Both the position numbers and the translations under genes were made by a program. A stretch of DNA of 42,047 nucleotides, taken from positions 1 through 42,047 of the forward strand of contig JANPHZ010000005.1 in assembly GCA_031424715.1 (NCBI GenBank). Direction: 5' to 3'. Below are positions 42,016 to 42,047 of the stretch, in pieces. The notes beneath the pieces were generated by a model. The model worked only from the letters and a program-made list of their open reading frames with translations, was not told where the DNA came from and searched no databases. The stretch's first letter is position 1, and every line of letters begins with the position of its first letter. Source of the DNA: Frankiaceae bacterium. GTDB taxonomy: Bacteria; Actinomycetota; Actinomycetes; Mycobacteriales; SCTD01.

Positions 42016-42047
42016 GCGACCGAGAGTACGAGGGCCGAGCGGCGCTT

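Overview
High-GC chromosomal window of Actinomycetota type, with about 45 credible protein genes, one intact tRNA and one tRNA relic. I recognised no rRNA, CRISPR array, cas gene, reverse transcriptase, integrase or transposase.

The first ~34 kb is mostly core metabolism:
- fprA-like ferredoxin-NADP reductase and folE.
- A GAF-GGDEF-EAL c-di-GMP protein.
- An NlpC/P60 hydrolase behind what reads as a ydaO-type c-di-AMP riboswitch.
- An acyl-CoA oxidase and an ABC exporter.
- A branched-chain acyl-CoA catabolic cluster: biotin carboxylase and carboxyltransferase subunits, two acyl-CoA dehydrogenases, a hotdog thioesterase, a TetR regulator and a DinB/TIGR03084-like protein.
- The tyrosine-catabolic pair hppD-hmgA, plus an M20 peptidase, a GH3 hydrolase, an MFS transporter, an SDR and a GlcD-like oxidase.

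Observations the ORF track does not explain:
1. An ECF sigma factor is fused to a membrane anchor and a Cys-rich tail. It is bracketed by two small secreted two-cysteine peptide genes that are missing or mis-called in the ORF track.
2. A 21-nt motif is shared by the two divergent promoters of the acyl-CoA cluster and is probably the TetR operator.
3. Decayed gene fragments lie next to tRNA-Lys.
4. The right-hand ~7 kb (about 34.5-41.2 kb) looks accessory. It has relaxed codon GC3 and gene fragments at its edges, and a 45-nt tRNA-His 3' half relic marks an internal junction at 37.4 kb. It also contains a ~1 kb stretch (38.26-39.24 kb) with no convincing coding sequence (one weak 74-aa ORF candidate), packed with tandem repeats, a perfect 17-bp hairpin, an extremely A-rich purine tract with iteron-like boxes and G-quadruplex-type runs.

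I regard the non-coding block and the sigma/peptide module as the most unusual parts. Their functional interpretation is inference only.
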